Positions 1-11,370 are shown, counted from the whole stretch's first letter. The stretch is 63,983 bases of DNA, filler included, from Malassezia furfur (GCA_052055015.1; 10 parts of 10 records of this genome joined end to end with filler, not necessarily neighbours in it), one strand, 5' to 3'. Program-made: numbers and translations. Notes: a model not told the origin generated them from the sequence alone.

Positions 1-2605
1 CGGCGTCATGCAGCGCGTCGCCGTCGAGCCACGAGTCGAGGTCGTGGCTCGGGCCGTCCACGGCGTTGTCCTCAAAGATCATGCCCGACTCGGCGTTCTC
101 GGCGAGGATCTGGTCGAAGTAGTTCTCCTGCGTCTCGACCAGCGGCCAGGTGTGCTGCGACGTCTCGGACACGACGAGCGGCAGGCCCGGCGCGTCGGGC
201 GCCGCGGCGCTCACGGCGGCGGCGGCGGTCGCTGCATCGACGCCGGCGCCCTCGGCGATCTCGGCGGCAAGCGCCGCGTCGCCCGCATTCTGCGCCGTGA
301 CAAACGCCAGCGCATCGAGGCCCGCGCTCTGTAGCACGCGCGCCTGCGTCGCGTCGTCGCCGCCAAACAGCGCGTTGTGGTACAGGCTCTGTGCGTTGCC
401 GCGGCGCTCGGCGATCGTCGTCATCTTGGCGAGCTTCTCCTGGTTGCCGGTGAGCAGGTAGAGGAAGGAGAGCTGGTCAAAGTCCTTGTTCTTTTGGTAG
501 GCGCGCTCGACGATGCGGTGCTCGCCGAGCTTCAGCGCGACCTCGCCGAGGCGCGCCCAGATCTCGGGCGCGTTGATCGCCTCGGCGGTCTCGAGCGCCA
601 CGTCGAGGTTGCCGCACTCGACAGCCAGGTCGAAGCGCGTCGTCTTGTCCTGCACAAAGTGCAGCGCAATCTCGGGGTAGCCCTTCTTTTGCAGGTACGC
701 AATGATCGACTGCCCGACGAGGCGCGACGTCTTGATGATGCGCAGCACCTCGTCGTAGCGCTGCTGCACAAGCGCCAGCTTGAACTGGAACTCGGTCGGG
801 TCGATCGCAATCGTCCGCGGGCACGCCTGGCGGTCGAGGCAGTTGACCGTCGCGCCGGCGATCCGCGTGAGGTACACGGGCTGCTCGAGCGTCTTGATGA
901 TGCCCGTGTCGCCCTGCGGCAGCGCGTACTTGATATGGTTCAGCGTGCTGTACAGCAGCACACCGCTGCTGTCCCACGCCGCACTCTTGATCCGGATGGT
1001 TTCGTGCAGGACGTGCGACGTAGTAAACGTCTTGTTTGTCAGCGTGATGGTGTGCTTGCTCAGCAGCGCGGCCATCGACCCGTCCGCGCTCCACACCACA
1101 TACTTCACCGCGACGCTCGGCAGCTCGGCGGTGACCGTCTGCTGCTGCGTGTCAAACAGCCCGACGTTGGTCGGCGTGGCGAACACGAGGTGCGACGGAC
1201 CGCCCGGGAAGATGTCCTGCGTGTCGTCGGGGAGCGTCAGCGTCTTGACCACGTTGTTCGCCAGGTCGCGGATCTCGACCGTGTTGGTCGCCTTGAGCAG
1301 CACCGCAAAGCGGTTGCGCGCAATGAACAGCGCACTCGCGCCCTGTCCGCGCTTCCCGACCGTGCCCGACTCGGCCAGCTCGCTCGGCACGTTGTGGGGG
1401 AGCGGCGCAATGTCAAACACGCCCGCGTCGCCGCTCGTCGACGTCGCGATGATGGAGCGCTCGGCGGGGTTGAAGCTGAGCGTGCGCGGCTGCACATACT
1501 GGTTGCCGAGGCGCTTGATGCTGAGCAGCGCGTGGTCCTTGCCGGTGCCGTAGTCGAGCATGCGCACCTGCTTGTTGCGCACGTAGTACAGCACGTTGTT
1601 GTGCAGCGCAAACGGCGGACGCTCGCGCTCCAGCTTGAACACAATCAGGCCGCTGTCGTGGCCCGCGGCAAACAGGTTCAGCCGCGGGTGCGACGTCAGC
1701 ACCCAAAACCGGTCGTGCTCGCGGCGGAAGGTCTGCACCGCCGTACGCTTGCCCATGTCCCACACACGGATCGTCTTGTCCTCCGACGCAGACAGAATCA
1801 GCTCCGCGTGGGGGTGGAAGAGCGCCGAGGACACGTTGTTGTAGTGGCCGCGGCACGTGTCGACCTCCCACGCCTTGGTCTCGGACATGCGCCACAGCTT
1901 CACCTGACGGTCGTCGCTCGCCGACACAATCAGCGGCAGCGCGGGGTGGAAGCTTGCCCAGTTCACACCGCGATCGTGGCCCTCGAGGACGTACTTCACA
2001 ACCACATCCATGTTGCCAAACAGATCCATCTGCGCACTCGTCGCACGCGCCATCTGCTCATCGAGCGACATGGGCTGCGCCGTGGTCGACTTTTGCTTGA
2101 GCGCCGTAAAGTCCCACACGCGCACGGTTTGGTCCATCGACGCCGACACGATCAGGTCTTCGTACGGGTGGAACTGCGCGCACATCACATAGTGGTTGTG
2201 CCCCGTGAGGATCGCAATGCATGTCCGGCTCTGCCAGTTCCAAATCCGGATCGTCTGGTCGTCGGACGCGCTGATAATCCACGGGTGCTCGTGGTGGAAG
2301 AACACCGTGCGCACATAGTCGAGATGGCCGTGCAGCGTAAACAGCACCTTGCCCGTCTTGTGGTTCCACACCTTGATCTTGTAGTCATCGCTGCCGCTCA
2401 CCAGCAGCGGCTGCGTGGGGTGGAAGCTGACGCCGCGCACCGGTCCCTCGTGCTCTTCGAGCCGCTCGTAGATCGTCCCGGTTTGGTAGTTCCACAGCTG
2501 GATCGAGCCATTGTGCAACGACGCGGCCAGCAGCGGGAGCTTCGGGTGGAACGCGATGCCTTTCACCCGGTTCGATTTCGACTCAAACTTGGTGAGCATC
2601 TGCAT
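1..2605 (-). CDS. COP1: Coatomer alpha subunit (alpha-COP), N-terminal WD40 region, 3'-partial
   Basis: Reverse complement from CAT at 2603-2605 reads MQMLTKFESKSNRVKGIAFHPKLPLLAASLHNGSIQLWNY, followed by WD repeats (GHNHYVMCAQFHP, GHDRGVNWASFHP). The frame stays open to the window edge, so it is absent from the ORF track. Confidence 0.95.
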   Translation of the reverse strand, partial: MQMLTKFESKSNRVKGIAFHPKLPLLAASLHNGSIQLWNYQTGTIYERLEEHEGPVRGVSFHPTQPLLVSGSDDYKIKVWNHKTGKVLFTLHGHLDYVRTVFFHHEHPWIISASDDQTIRIWNWQSRTCIAILTGHNHYVMCAQFHPYEDLIVSASMDQTVRVWDFTALKQKSTTAQPMSLDEQMARATSAQMDLFGNMDVVVKYVLEGHDRGVNWASFHPALPLIVSASDDRQVKLWRMSETKAWEVDTCRGHYNNVSSALFHPHAELILSASEDKTIRVWDMGKRTAVQTFRREHDRFWVLTSHPRLNLFAAGHDSGLIVFKLERERPPFALHNNVLYYVRNKQVRMLDYGTGKDHALLSIKRLGNQYVQPRTLSFNPAERSIIATSTSGDAGVFDIAPLPHNVPSELAESGTVGKRGQGASALFIARNRFAVLLKATNTVEIRDLANNVVKTLTLPDDTQDIFPGGPSHLVFATPTNVGLFDTQQQTVTAELPSVAVKYVVWSADGSMAALLSKHTITLTNKTFTTSHVLHETIRIKSAAWDSSGVLLYSTLNHIKYALPQGDTGIIKTLEQPVYLTRIAGATVNCLDRQACPRTIAIDPTEFQFKLALVQQRYDEVLRIIKTSRLVGQSIIAYLQKKGYPEIALHFVQDKTTRFDLAVECGNLDVALETAEAINAPEIWARLGEVALKLGEHRIVERAYQKNKDFDQLSFLYLLTGNQEKLAKMTTIAERRGNAQSLYHNALFGGDDATQARVLQSAGLDALAFVTAQNAGDAALAAEIAEGAGVDAATAAAAVSAAAPDAPGLPLVVSETSQHTWPLVETQENYFDQILAENAESGMIFEDNAVDGPSHDLDSWLDGDALHDA

Positions 2606-2712
2606 GCTGGCGACTCGACGCAACGCCCACCGTCACCGTCGTTCGCACGCCCGCGCGACGGCTCGGCCGCGCTGGCGGTGACGATCACGTGACCACGTCG
2701 TCCTGCCCCGGC

Positions 2713-3754
2713 ATGCTCGACGTGCAGCCGACGCTCGCCGCGCAGCACGCGGCCGAGACGCGCGGCGAGCAGCCAGAGGGGCACACCGTCAAACTCCTAG
2801 CGCTACTTCTACACGCATGCGTGCGATACGCGCTGTGGGCCGCAGGTCAGGTGCCAGCGTACGTCTTCTCGGCCTCCCTAACGCAGACCGCTCGACGCCG
2901 TCGTGCAGGACCTGTCCTACCTCTTGTCCGAGGGACCCTACGGAGCCACTGAGGTCGCCCAGACCTCGTACTCACTAGATATAATGCAGCCAGCTCGGCG
3001 CGTGCCACCGCGTGGGCCACTGCGGCACGCCGTTGCGCTGGCGCAGGCGAGCGCCGACCTCGAGGCTCGGCTGTATGCTGCCTTGCGCGCCCTACAGCAC
3101 GAAACGCCGGATCAGCTTCAGCTCGCCATTGTGCATGGGCCATCGCTGCATTTTGCGCGTGCGACATGGTTCTGGACGCTCGATACAGGCATTCCGCCGC
3201 CGTCGGCCTCCGACGCGCACGACACGGCGGCGCGCCAAACGCAGCGCAAAAAGACGAGTGCTTTGCTGGAACGCAAGCTGATCCGGCACTGCATGATGCA
3301 CGAGGCCCTACAAGGTCCCTCGCTCGCGCCATGCCCGACGCGGGTCCTTCTTTATGCCCCTCATACATTGCGTGTTCCTGGTTGGACACCAAGGCCGCAC
3401 TATAAGGCTACGATACCCCCCGAATCTGACCTGGAGGCAGACATCGACGAGGTCGACGAGGTCGACGAGGTCGACGACGCGATGGACGAGACGAGCGCGT
3501 CCCACGGCTCCTCCCCACCGCCGTCTCGGCACGCACCTCGCACGACGCGTATGCAGCTCCCCGATTTGGCATTGCAGTGCCGTCGCACTCCGACACGCTT
3601 CGCCCCTCGCACAAAAAGCTTGGCACCACAAGCACATGTCGTCCTGCATGGCGACCTGCGCTCGGTCCAGCCGTGCCAAGAACGTCACGTGTGGTTTGAG
3701 TGTGATGTGGTGTTGCGTGGAGTAGCGGAGTTCCGTGACCCAAATCGGGCCTGA
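2713..3754 (+). CDS. Putative p31comet/MAD2L1-binding-like HORMA-domain protein
   Basis: ATG 2713; a 28-nt intron at 2859-2886 joins ...YALWAAGQVPA|PLDAVVQDLSY... to ORF 2903..3754. Motifs GQVPAPLD, LAIVHGPS, ERKLIR, GWTPRPHY and C-terminal WFECDVVLRG occur in the same order as in p31comet, as I recall that sequence. Confidence 0.55.
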
Positions 3755-3826
3755 ATAATTGAAATTGCCCCAACGTGTTGTTTACCTGTCCATTTGTAGC
3801 GCCGACCTGTCCGTTCCTAGCCAGAG

Positions 3827-4508
3827 ATGCAGATCTTGGTGGGGGTGCTGCTCGCCTTCGCCGCACTGCTGCGTGTCGGCGTGTCTGCTCAAGTGGTTGC
3901 GGATACCGGTCTTGAGGGGACATGGTCCACTGGCTCGGGCGCCGTTGAGACGGGGCAGAAGTACTTCAACATCGTCAATGACACCTTCACCGTGCCTCCG
4001 CTGACAGGCCAAGCGTACAGCTTCCAGCCTCGCACGGCATCGACGGGGTACTATGAGGAGCTCATTTACAAATTCAACACGAGCAGTACGTGCGCGCTAG
4101 TGGTGCTGACCCACAGTCCCGCAGCCTGGGTGTTACATTGCGGTGTTGCTCTGGCAGCACGGTAACTACACCATCAACAAAAACAACTCGATCACCATGA
4201 CACCTTTTGCGCCGGATGGACGCCAGCAGGTGTCGAGGCCGTGCGATAGCTCGACGGACTACACGGGCTACTACTACCAGTGCGTCGTACCTACTGACCC
4301 AGGGAGGAATTCATGCAACGTTACGAGATCACCACGTATTTGCACTACAACCAGCCGACGTACAAGCTGCAGCTGTACGACTTTGATGGCTCGATGAAAC
4401 CCTCCATGTACCTCAAGTACCGCCCTGCGGCCATGTACCCCACTATGCCGCTGCACATGAACGTACGTAAGCTGTGTGCTCACCCAGGTTATTGGCGTGG
4501 ACTCGTAA
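3827..4508 (+). CDS. ROT1: ER chaperone Rot1 family protein
   Basis: Signal peptide followed by LEGTWSTGSGAVETG, GQAYSF, WQHGNY, PFAPDGRQQVS, LQLYDFDG, MYPT. Introns at 4086-4116 (31 nt), 4280-4302 (23) and 4463-4487 (25) link the ORF pieces. Confidence 0.85.
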
Positions 4509-4550
4509 GTAGCTCCATAGGCCACGTGCCATCGATACCCTCGACCATCC

Positions 4551-6176
4551 ATGCGCATCGGCGTCGCAGCCGTGTGGGCATGCGCAACCGCGCTGGGCGC
4601 CGCGGCGGTCGAGTCGTTCAACGAGACGCTCGACCTGCACACGCTGCCCGGCGGGCGCGTGCACGCCGCTTTCTCGTTCGCGATGCATTCCGACGACGAG
4701 TCGCTGCGGCATTTTCGGATCCTTCCCCGCGCGCTGCTGCAGCCGGTTGCGTCGCTCGATGTGGACGCGTTCCAATTGACGCTCACCGCAGGCCGCTGGC
4801 AGTACGCATCGTGGGGAGCGCCGGCCGGTAGTCAGTCGGTCGCGAACGGCGCCGAGGTGTGGGCGAGTTTCGGCGACGCGCACCAAAGCGCTGCGCTTCC
4901 GCTCGCGACGCGCTGGCGGCGGCTCACGTCGGCGCTGGCAGGGACGTTCTGCGCATCCCTGGACGCCATTGAAGAGAAGACTTCGGTCACGATACCCGCG
5001 CGCTACGTTTGGTCAGACGCGCCCGAAAACACCACCGCCCTGCATGCCTACCTTCCGTCCGAGTCGGTGTGCACGGAAAACCTCACGCCGCTCCTCAAGC
5101 TGCTCCCATGCAAGGGCGGCGCAGGCCTCGCGAGCCTGATCCAGATGCACACGATCCTCTCGTCCGAGTTTCATAGCGTGTCGGTGCAGGTGCGGCGCGC
5201 GGGCCAGGGCTATACGGTGGTACTGGGCGTGACGGCTGTCATGCGCCCTCCCACGCTCCCGGACGAGACGCAGGTCTGGACGCTGCCGGACCTGTTCGCG
5301 CGGAACCTGACGACGACGTGCCCCGTCGCGAACACGAGCGAGGTGTGGGTCGTGGAGCCGAACGAGCGCGCCGCGTCTGACGACGATGACGACGACGACG
5401 ATTGGGTGCCGAGCCCGTGGATGCAGCGGATGCAGACGCGTGTGTACGATACCACGTCGCTTGCGCCGTACGACGGCACGCTGGCGTTGTCGATGACTGC
5501 GCCCGTGCGCGGTCCCTTTTTGCAGGCGCCGCCGCTGCAGGCGACGCGCCAGGTGCTTGGGTTCGGCCAGGAGCGCAACCTGGTGCGCCTGACGCTGCAC
5601 AATGCGCTGCCCACCGAGACGGTGCAGGTGGTGTACTACGACCAGATCCCGTGGAAGGTGCTGCCTCTCATGCATACGCTGCACACGTCTCTCGCGTTTG
5701 ACCCCGCGGACCTCCCCGAGGACGCCGTGTCGTACCGCGACGACTACGACGCGCCGTTCGTCACCGCATCGACGTACCGTCCCGCCGTGCTGCGTGGCAG
5801 GACGGGCGCCGTGGAGCTGGTGCTGCGCGTGCCGGCGCAGAGCACGCTGACGGTGACCTACACGCTGCTCAAGCGCGTGCTGCACTACGACGAGCACGTC
5901 CCGGACCCCCACCGCGGCATCGACCTGCCGCCGGCGATGTTTGTGCCGCTTGCCACGGCGCATCCGACGCGCGCGTGGGCGTACGCCCACCGCCACCGCC
6001 CCGTGCACGCGGTGCAGGCCGAGCGCATCTACACCCCGCCGAGCCTGCTGGACATTGCGGTGCCCGACTTTTCTATGCCGTACAACATCATTCTGTTCTA
6101 CTCGACGTACGTCGCGCTCTTTTTCGGGAGCATGCTCAACGCCATGGTGCGTCGATTCCATGATGTAGTGGTGTAG
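4551..6176 (+). CDS. GPI16: GPI transamidase component Gpi16/PIG-T
   Basis: Signal peptide; GRWQYASWG, GAEVWA, LAGTFCASL, ESVCTENLTPLLKLLPCKGGAGLASL and PDFSMPYNII before a C-terminal TM helix. Confidence 0.93.
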   Translation: MRIGVAAVWACATALGAAAVESFNETLDLHTLPGGRVHAAFSFAMHSDDESLRHFRILPRALLQPVASLDVDAFQLTLTAGRWQYASWGAPAGSQSVANGAEVWASFGDAHQSAALPLATRWRRLTSALAGTFCASLDAIEEKTSVTIPARYVWSDAPENTTALHAYLPSESVCTENLTPLLKLLPCKGGAGLASLIQMHTILSSEFHSVSVQVRRAGQGYTVVLGVTAVMRPPTLPDETQVWTLPDLFARNLTTTCPVANTSEVWVVEPNERAASDDDDDDDDWVPSPWMQRMQTRVYDTTSLAPYDGTLALSMTAPVRGPFLQAPPLQATRQVLGFGQERNLVRLTLHNALPTETVQVVYYDQIPWKVLPLMHTLHTSLAFDPADLPEDAVSYRDDYDAPFVTASTYRPAVLRGRTGAVELVLRVPAQSTLTVTYTLLKRVLHYDEHVPDPHRGIDLPPAMFVPLATAHPTRAWAYAHRHRPVHAVQAERIYTPPSLLDIAVPDFSMPYNIILFYSTYVALFFGSMLNAMVRRFHDVVV

Positions 6177-6210
6177 TCATTAAAAGCAATGTCTTGGATG
6201 GAGGGATGTA

Positions 6211-6634
6211 TTATGTGTCGTAAGATTCGCCGTACAGGTTGGCGTGGCCGCGCAAGTCGCCGCGCCAGACCTGGTGGACGTTGATGTGCTTGGCAACAAT
6301 CGCGCGCACGACGGCAAGCAGGCCCGCAGGGCCACAGCACGCCGTCATGGTGCGCCCGTCGGCACGCTCCATCTCGCGCCCAATGATCTCGTCCAGCTTG
6401 GGGTAGCCGGCGCGCGTGAGCTCGGCGACAACGTCAAAGTCGCTGATCTCGCTCGCGTCCAGGTTCGCCGTCATCTCGGGCGGCGGCATCGGCACCGACG
6501 CGTGGTCGTTGGCCGCGTGGCGTGGCAGCGGCATCGCACTGGCGGCCGGCGGCGCACCCGCGTGCGGCGCGATGGAAAAGTAGTCCTGCGGCGCCGGCGC
6601 CGCATCCTGCACGCCCGGCGGAGGCGACAGCGGC
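6211..6634 (-). CDS. Ferric reductase-like (FRE/NOX family) NADPH-binding C-terminus, 5'-partial
   Basis: C-terminal pattern GYPKLDEII...ACCGPAGL...VRAIV...YGESYDT*; truncated at the contig end. Confidence 0.65.
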
Positions 6635-6734
6635 NNNNNNNNNNNNNNNNNNNNNNNNNNNNNNNNNNNNNNNNNNNNTTAATTAATTAANNNNNNNNNN
6701 NNNNNNNNNNNNNNNNNNNNNNNNNNNNNNNNNN
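6635..6734. other. Artificial contig linker N44-TTAATTAATTAA-N44 (stops in all six frames)
   Basis: An identical 100-nt spacer recurs at 6635, 13362, 20053, 26736, 33384, 40007, 46621, 53224 and 59806. Confidence 0.99.
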
Positions 6735-8913
6735 CGCGGTGCCGCGGCGCGGGCGTCGGTGTCTTGGGCAGCGGCGGTGCGCCGGTGTAGCGCGGCACGG
6801 GCGTCTCGTCGAGGCGCGGCGAGGCCGTCTGGGGCGACACGAGTGCCGGGAGCGGCTCCTGCCGCCCCGAGGTCGCGACGAGCTTGCGGATCGTCCGGCT
6901 GCGCTCCACTTGCCGCTCGAGCGAGTCGCGGAGCACCTGGCGGTCGAACTGCGCAAAGGCGTGCCCCGCGTTCTCCTCGTGCTGCTTGAGCATCGCCGAG
7001 GTCTCGCGCAGCGACAGCTCGAGGTTGAGCACGCGGTCGACATACGTGCGCTCCATCTCGTCCATGTCGCGCTGCATCGCCGCCGCATTGTCGCGCGACA
7101 GCGCAAGGTCCTGCTGCACCTCGGCGAGCTTCGCCTGCAGCTCGCCGACGAGGCCGCCCTGCGACGACTCGAGCTCGTGGCGCAGGCGCCGCGCCTCGGC
7201 GTCGCGCGCCTGCAGCTGCGCACGCACCTCGAGCAGCTCCGCCTGGACGCGCTCGAGGAGGTCCTGCTCGGTGAAGCGCCCGAGCACGTTGGCCACCGAC
7301 GTGCCGAGCAGCGACTCGAGGTCGCCCTGCGTCGCGGCGCCGTTCCGGTCCTGCGCCACGGTCGACACCATCGAGTTGACCAGCTGGTACGAGTGCACCA
7401 AGTCCGGACCCTCGCGCTGGATCCGTAGCAGGTTCTGCAGCGAGCTCAGGAAAAAGTCGCGCGCGCGCGTGTCCTGCACGCGGTGCAGCACGGCCTGCAG
7501 CAGCGCCTCAGGGTCGAGCATCTGGGGCGCGTCGCGGTCCGCCGACTCGAGCAGCTCCTCCTGGTCGGCCGCGGCGCTCTTCTCGTACACGGACAGCTGC
7601 ATGTCCAGGTCCGGCGTGTTGAGCGTGCGCATCTTGTCCATGATGCGCGGCAGCCCACTCTGCGCCATCTGCTTGCGCAGCTGGATGCGGTCGCGCAGCT
7701 GGTCGACAATGTCGCTGTTTACGATCGCGTTGATCAAGAACATGTTGTTCAGCACATACTCGGTGAGCCCCGACTCGGGCATGCTCGACAGCTGCAGGCG
7801 GCGCACCTCGTCCGAGGCGCCCACCAGGCTGCCCATGCGCCCACGCCCGTCGAGCGCCGACTCCAGCGCGGTGAACCACCCGTCAAAGCGGCCGGGCAGG
7901 TTGCGCGTCACGCGCAGGTCGTCGATGCCTTGCAGCACGAGCCGGTGCCCCTCGGGCTTCTCCCAGTGGCACAGAAAGAGCAGGATGTCGGCCGCCTGCT
8001 TGCGCGTCGACAGCTGCGGCGAGATGAGCGACTGCGTGATGCCGCTGATGCACTTGGGGTGCTGCAGCGCATCGTGCGCGCCGGGCTTGCTGTTGAACAG
8101 CGAGCGGAACGCCTTGAGCACCTCGTACTCCAGCGCAATGTCCTGCTCGCTCGGCGGATTGCGCGAGTGCAGCCCCGCGAGAAAACTCGACAGCACCGGC
8201 GTGCCTTTTGCCTCGACGAAGCTCTGCAGCCAGCCGATCGCGCACGTTCGTAGCGTCACCGCAAGCGACTCAATGTGCTTGCTCGTCACCGAGCCGTCCA
8301 TAAACTTTTTGATGAACCACTCGGGCGAGTTGCGCATCAGCACCATCGTCGACTGCGGCGCGGGCACCGTGACAGGGTTTGGCGGGAAGATGCGGTACGT
8401 CCGCTCCCGCTCGCGCTCCGAGTTGTGCTCGGTGAGCAGGTCGTTGTACACCAGCGTCCACTTTTTGTCCACACTGAACGTCGAGATGTTCTGTCGCGCA
8501 TCCATCGGCAGCGGCGCATCACCCGTGCTCAACAGCAGGTCGCGCCGGTCCATCAGGTCGCGAAACATGCGCTCGACATCCGCATCGGACGGCCGTGCGT
8601 CGCGCGCCTCGGCCATGTTCGCCAGCACCGTGCGCCGCAGCGCCGCCGCTCCGGCGTCGCGCGGCTTGCCCGTCGCGGCCATCGGCGAGGGCACCGCACG
8701 GAACGACGTCTTCGCAATCGCCTCGGTCAGCGGCGGCTCACGCGATCCGCTGGCCCCGGCTCCGTTGAGGGTATGGTGGGAGCGTACGGGCGACAGGGTC
8801 GGAAGGTCGTGCGCGGCCGCCGCCCGACTTGTCCGCCCATCCTCCAGACCGGCGCGGAGGACATGCGCGTCCTCCTTCTGTGTGCGGCGTTTCCGCCCAA
8901 ATAATGTATCCAT
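6735..8913 (-). CDS. Formin (SepA/Bni1-like), GBD/FH3 and coiled-coil region, 3'-partial
   Basis: KKWTLVYND, SPEWFIKKF, SLAVTLRT.AIGWLQSFVEAKG, GRFDGWF..LE..LDGRGRMGSLVGAS (fungal formin FH3 signature), then a coiled coil and the start of a Pro-rich region. Confidence 0.9.
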
Positions 8914-9206
8914 CCCCGCCGCGCGCCGTGTTTCTGCGCTGCGGGTCGGCGATCGTGTGTTCGCGATCCCAAGTCGGGGTGGTCAAGACGCGTGTGGGAT
9001 TTGTCGGCCGAGATGGGAGGCGCGACGGCGGAGTAGTAGCCGAGGCGGAGCGCGCCAAGGCTCGCACGGCACGCACCGGCGGGCGCCCACGACACGGCGA
9101 GGCGCCCAGCCGTGCAGGTAATCAGGCCGTAGCACGGCATCGTATCGCCGCGCACACGCACACATGGCCACGGCGTCGGCAGAGCGCGTCCGTTGGTATC
9201 TAATGT

Positions 9207-9661
9207 CTACAGCTCGCGGGGGTCGTCGTGCATCGGGCTCCAGATACCACGCGCCGACTCGGTGGTGCTCTGCACCGGCATACGCTTGAGCGCGTTGGTC
9301 TTCTTGCCGCTCGCATCGAGGATTTGCTGGGCCTTTGCGCCGATTTGCGTCGCAGGCAGCTGGTGCGTCGACATTTCCTTCGTACGGCCATTCACTGCGT
9401 CAGTACGGCGCACGTACGGTAAAATCCACGCAGCAGAGGCGGGCGCTGCGGCCGCGGCTGCACCACGAATTCCACCGAGGGGTATGCGCGCGCGAGCGGC
9501 GCGAGACGCTGGAGCACAAAGTCCCGCGTCCCCTTGCTGCTCTCGCTCTTTTCGCAATACTCAATGACGAGCTTGCGGCACGGCAGCGTGAACGTGCCCG
9601 TGCTGCCACCAGGCTGTGGCCGCGTCGACAGCGCGCTCCGGACCAGGCGCGCGCGAGACAT
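9207..9661 (-). CDS. MRPL51: Mitochondrial ribosomal protein mL43
   Basis: FTLPCRKLVIEYC...SSKGTRDF...PLLRGFYLNGRTKE...VQSTTESARGIWSPMH; a 23-nt intron at 9395-9417 joins the two frames. Confidence 0.9.
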
Positions 9662-9855
9662 GCTTGGTCGTCAAAGCAGCAGGTGGGTGAATAATCGGCG
9701 ATCAATTCCTTCGGGCTTTTACAAAAAAAAATTCTCCACTACCCCCGTGCGAAGGAGGTGTGGCTGCCGCTGGATTCCATCGTCGGCAGACGCACGCTTG
9801 TTCTGCCCCCTATCCATCTGTATCGTGCGCCAACTAGAGGCGCAGCATACACAAC

Positions 9856-11236
9856 ATGTCGGGACAAATGAATGAAGCCGATCAGAACATCCAGGTACGT
9901 CCGCCACACCGCGCTCACACGTCAGATTTGGAAGGTGAAAAAGCTGGTCAAAAGCCTCGACAGCGCGCGTGGTGCGGGCACGTCGATGATCAGTCTGATT
10001 CTGCCGCCGCGCTCGCAGCTGTCGCAAGCTACCAACATGCTTACGCAGGAGTACGGTACCGCGAGCAACATCAAGTCGCGCGTCAACCGTCTCTCCGTGC
10101 TGGCCGCCATCACTTCGACGCAGCAGCGTCTGAAGCTCTACTCGCGTGTGCCGGACAACGGCCTGGTGGTGTACTGTGGCACGATCCTCACGCCCGAGGG
10201 CAAGGAAAAGAAGGTCAACTTCAGCTTTGAGCCGTTCAAGCCGATCAACACGTCGCTCTACCTCTGCGACAACAAGTTCCACACCGAGGCGCTTTCGGAG
10301 CTGCTCGAGTCGGACGCCAAGTTTGGCTTTATCATCATGGACGGTAACGGCACGCTGTTCGGTACGGTGACCGGCAATGCGCGCCAGGTCCTGCAAAAGT
10401 TCTCGGTGGACCTGCCCAAGAAGCACGGTCGTGGTGGTCAGTCCGCGCTGCGTTTCTCGCGTCTGCGTGAGGAGGCGCGGCACAACTACGTGCGCAAGGT
10501 GGCCGAGCTGGCGACGCAGCACTTTATCACGGACAACAAGTGCAACGTCACCGGTCTGGTCCTGGCCGGTTCCGCAGACTTCAAGACGGAGCTGAGCCAG
10601 TCGGACATGTTTGACTACCGTCTGCAGCCCAAGGTGATCCAGATCGTCGATGTGTCGTACGGTGGTGAGAACGGGTTCAACCAGGCGATCGAGCTGGCCG
10701 CCGACTCGCTCGCGAACGTCAAGTTCGTGCAGGAGAAGCGGCTTATCCAAAAATACTTTGACGAGATCTCCATGGAGACGGGCAAGTACTGCTTCGGCGT
10801 GGAGGACACGTTCCGGGCACTCGAGATGGGTGCCGTGGAGACGCTGATTGTCTGGGAGAACTTGGAGCACATGCGCCACGTCCTGCGGGACTCGAACGGC
10901 TCCGAGCACGTGTTGATCCTCACCAAGGAGCAGGAGGAGGACCGGTCGCGCTTCATGGACTCGGCCACCGGCGCTGAGATGGAGCCAGTCGAGGAGCCGC
11001 AGCCGCTACTCGAGTGGATCGCAGAGAACTACAAGCAGTTCGGTACGAACTTGGAATGTACGTATGGACGCACCTACTGACCCGCAGTCGTCACGGACCG
11101 CTCGCAGGAGGGCATGCAGTTCTGCAAGGGCTTTGGTGGTATTGGTGGTATCCTCCGCTACAAGGTTGCCTTTGAGGACCTTGCCATGTACGATGATGAC
11201 GAGGGCGAGTTTATGAGCGACGACGACGACGATTAA
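9856..11236 (+). CDS. SUP45: Eukaryotic release factor 1 (eRF1)
   Basis: [47 protein letters not shown]; introns at 9895-9925 (31 nt) and 11058-11087 (30 nt). Confidence 0.97.
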
Positions 11237-11370
11237 TAGTGTTGCGCCGTAGGACCCCTGCGACTCGGTCGCCCTCGTGGCCTAATTCCCCAACCCCGCT
11301 GCTGGCACCGCCTGTCACGTGGTCGTGCTCGCGGGCGACGGAACGTGGAAGCGGACGACGTGGAGCGACC

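Noticed and set aside
377..2692. Long ORFs such as 377..2692(+), 6884..9121(+), 20441..23449(+), 26788..29745(-), 37197..38885(+) and 61541..63919(-)
   Set aside because: Antisense or off-frame shadows of real genes. High GC3 removes stops from other frames, and the translations have no family motifs.
6679..6690. TTAATTAATTAA recurring at roughly 6.6-kb spacing (possible repeat, CRISPR or transposon target site)
   Set aside because: Always centred in N44 runs; it is a synthetic six-frame-stop contig linker.
9856..11236. eRF1 changes suggesting stop-codon reassignment
   Set aside because: GTS, NIKS, YxCxxxF and GGQ motifs are canonical, and TAA, TAG and TGA all terminate genes in this window.
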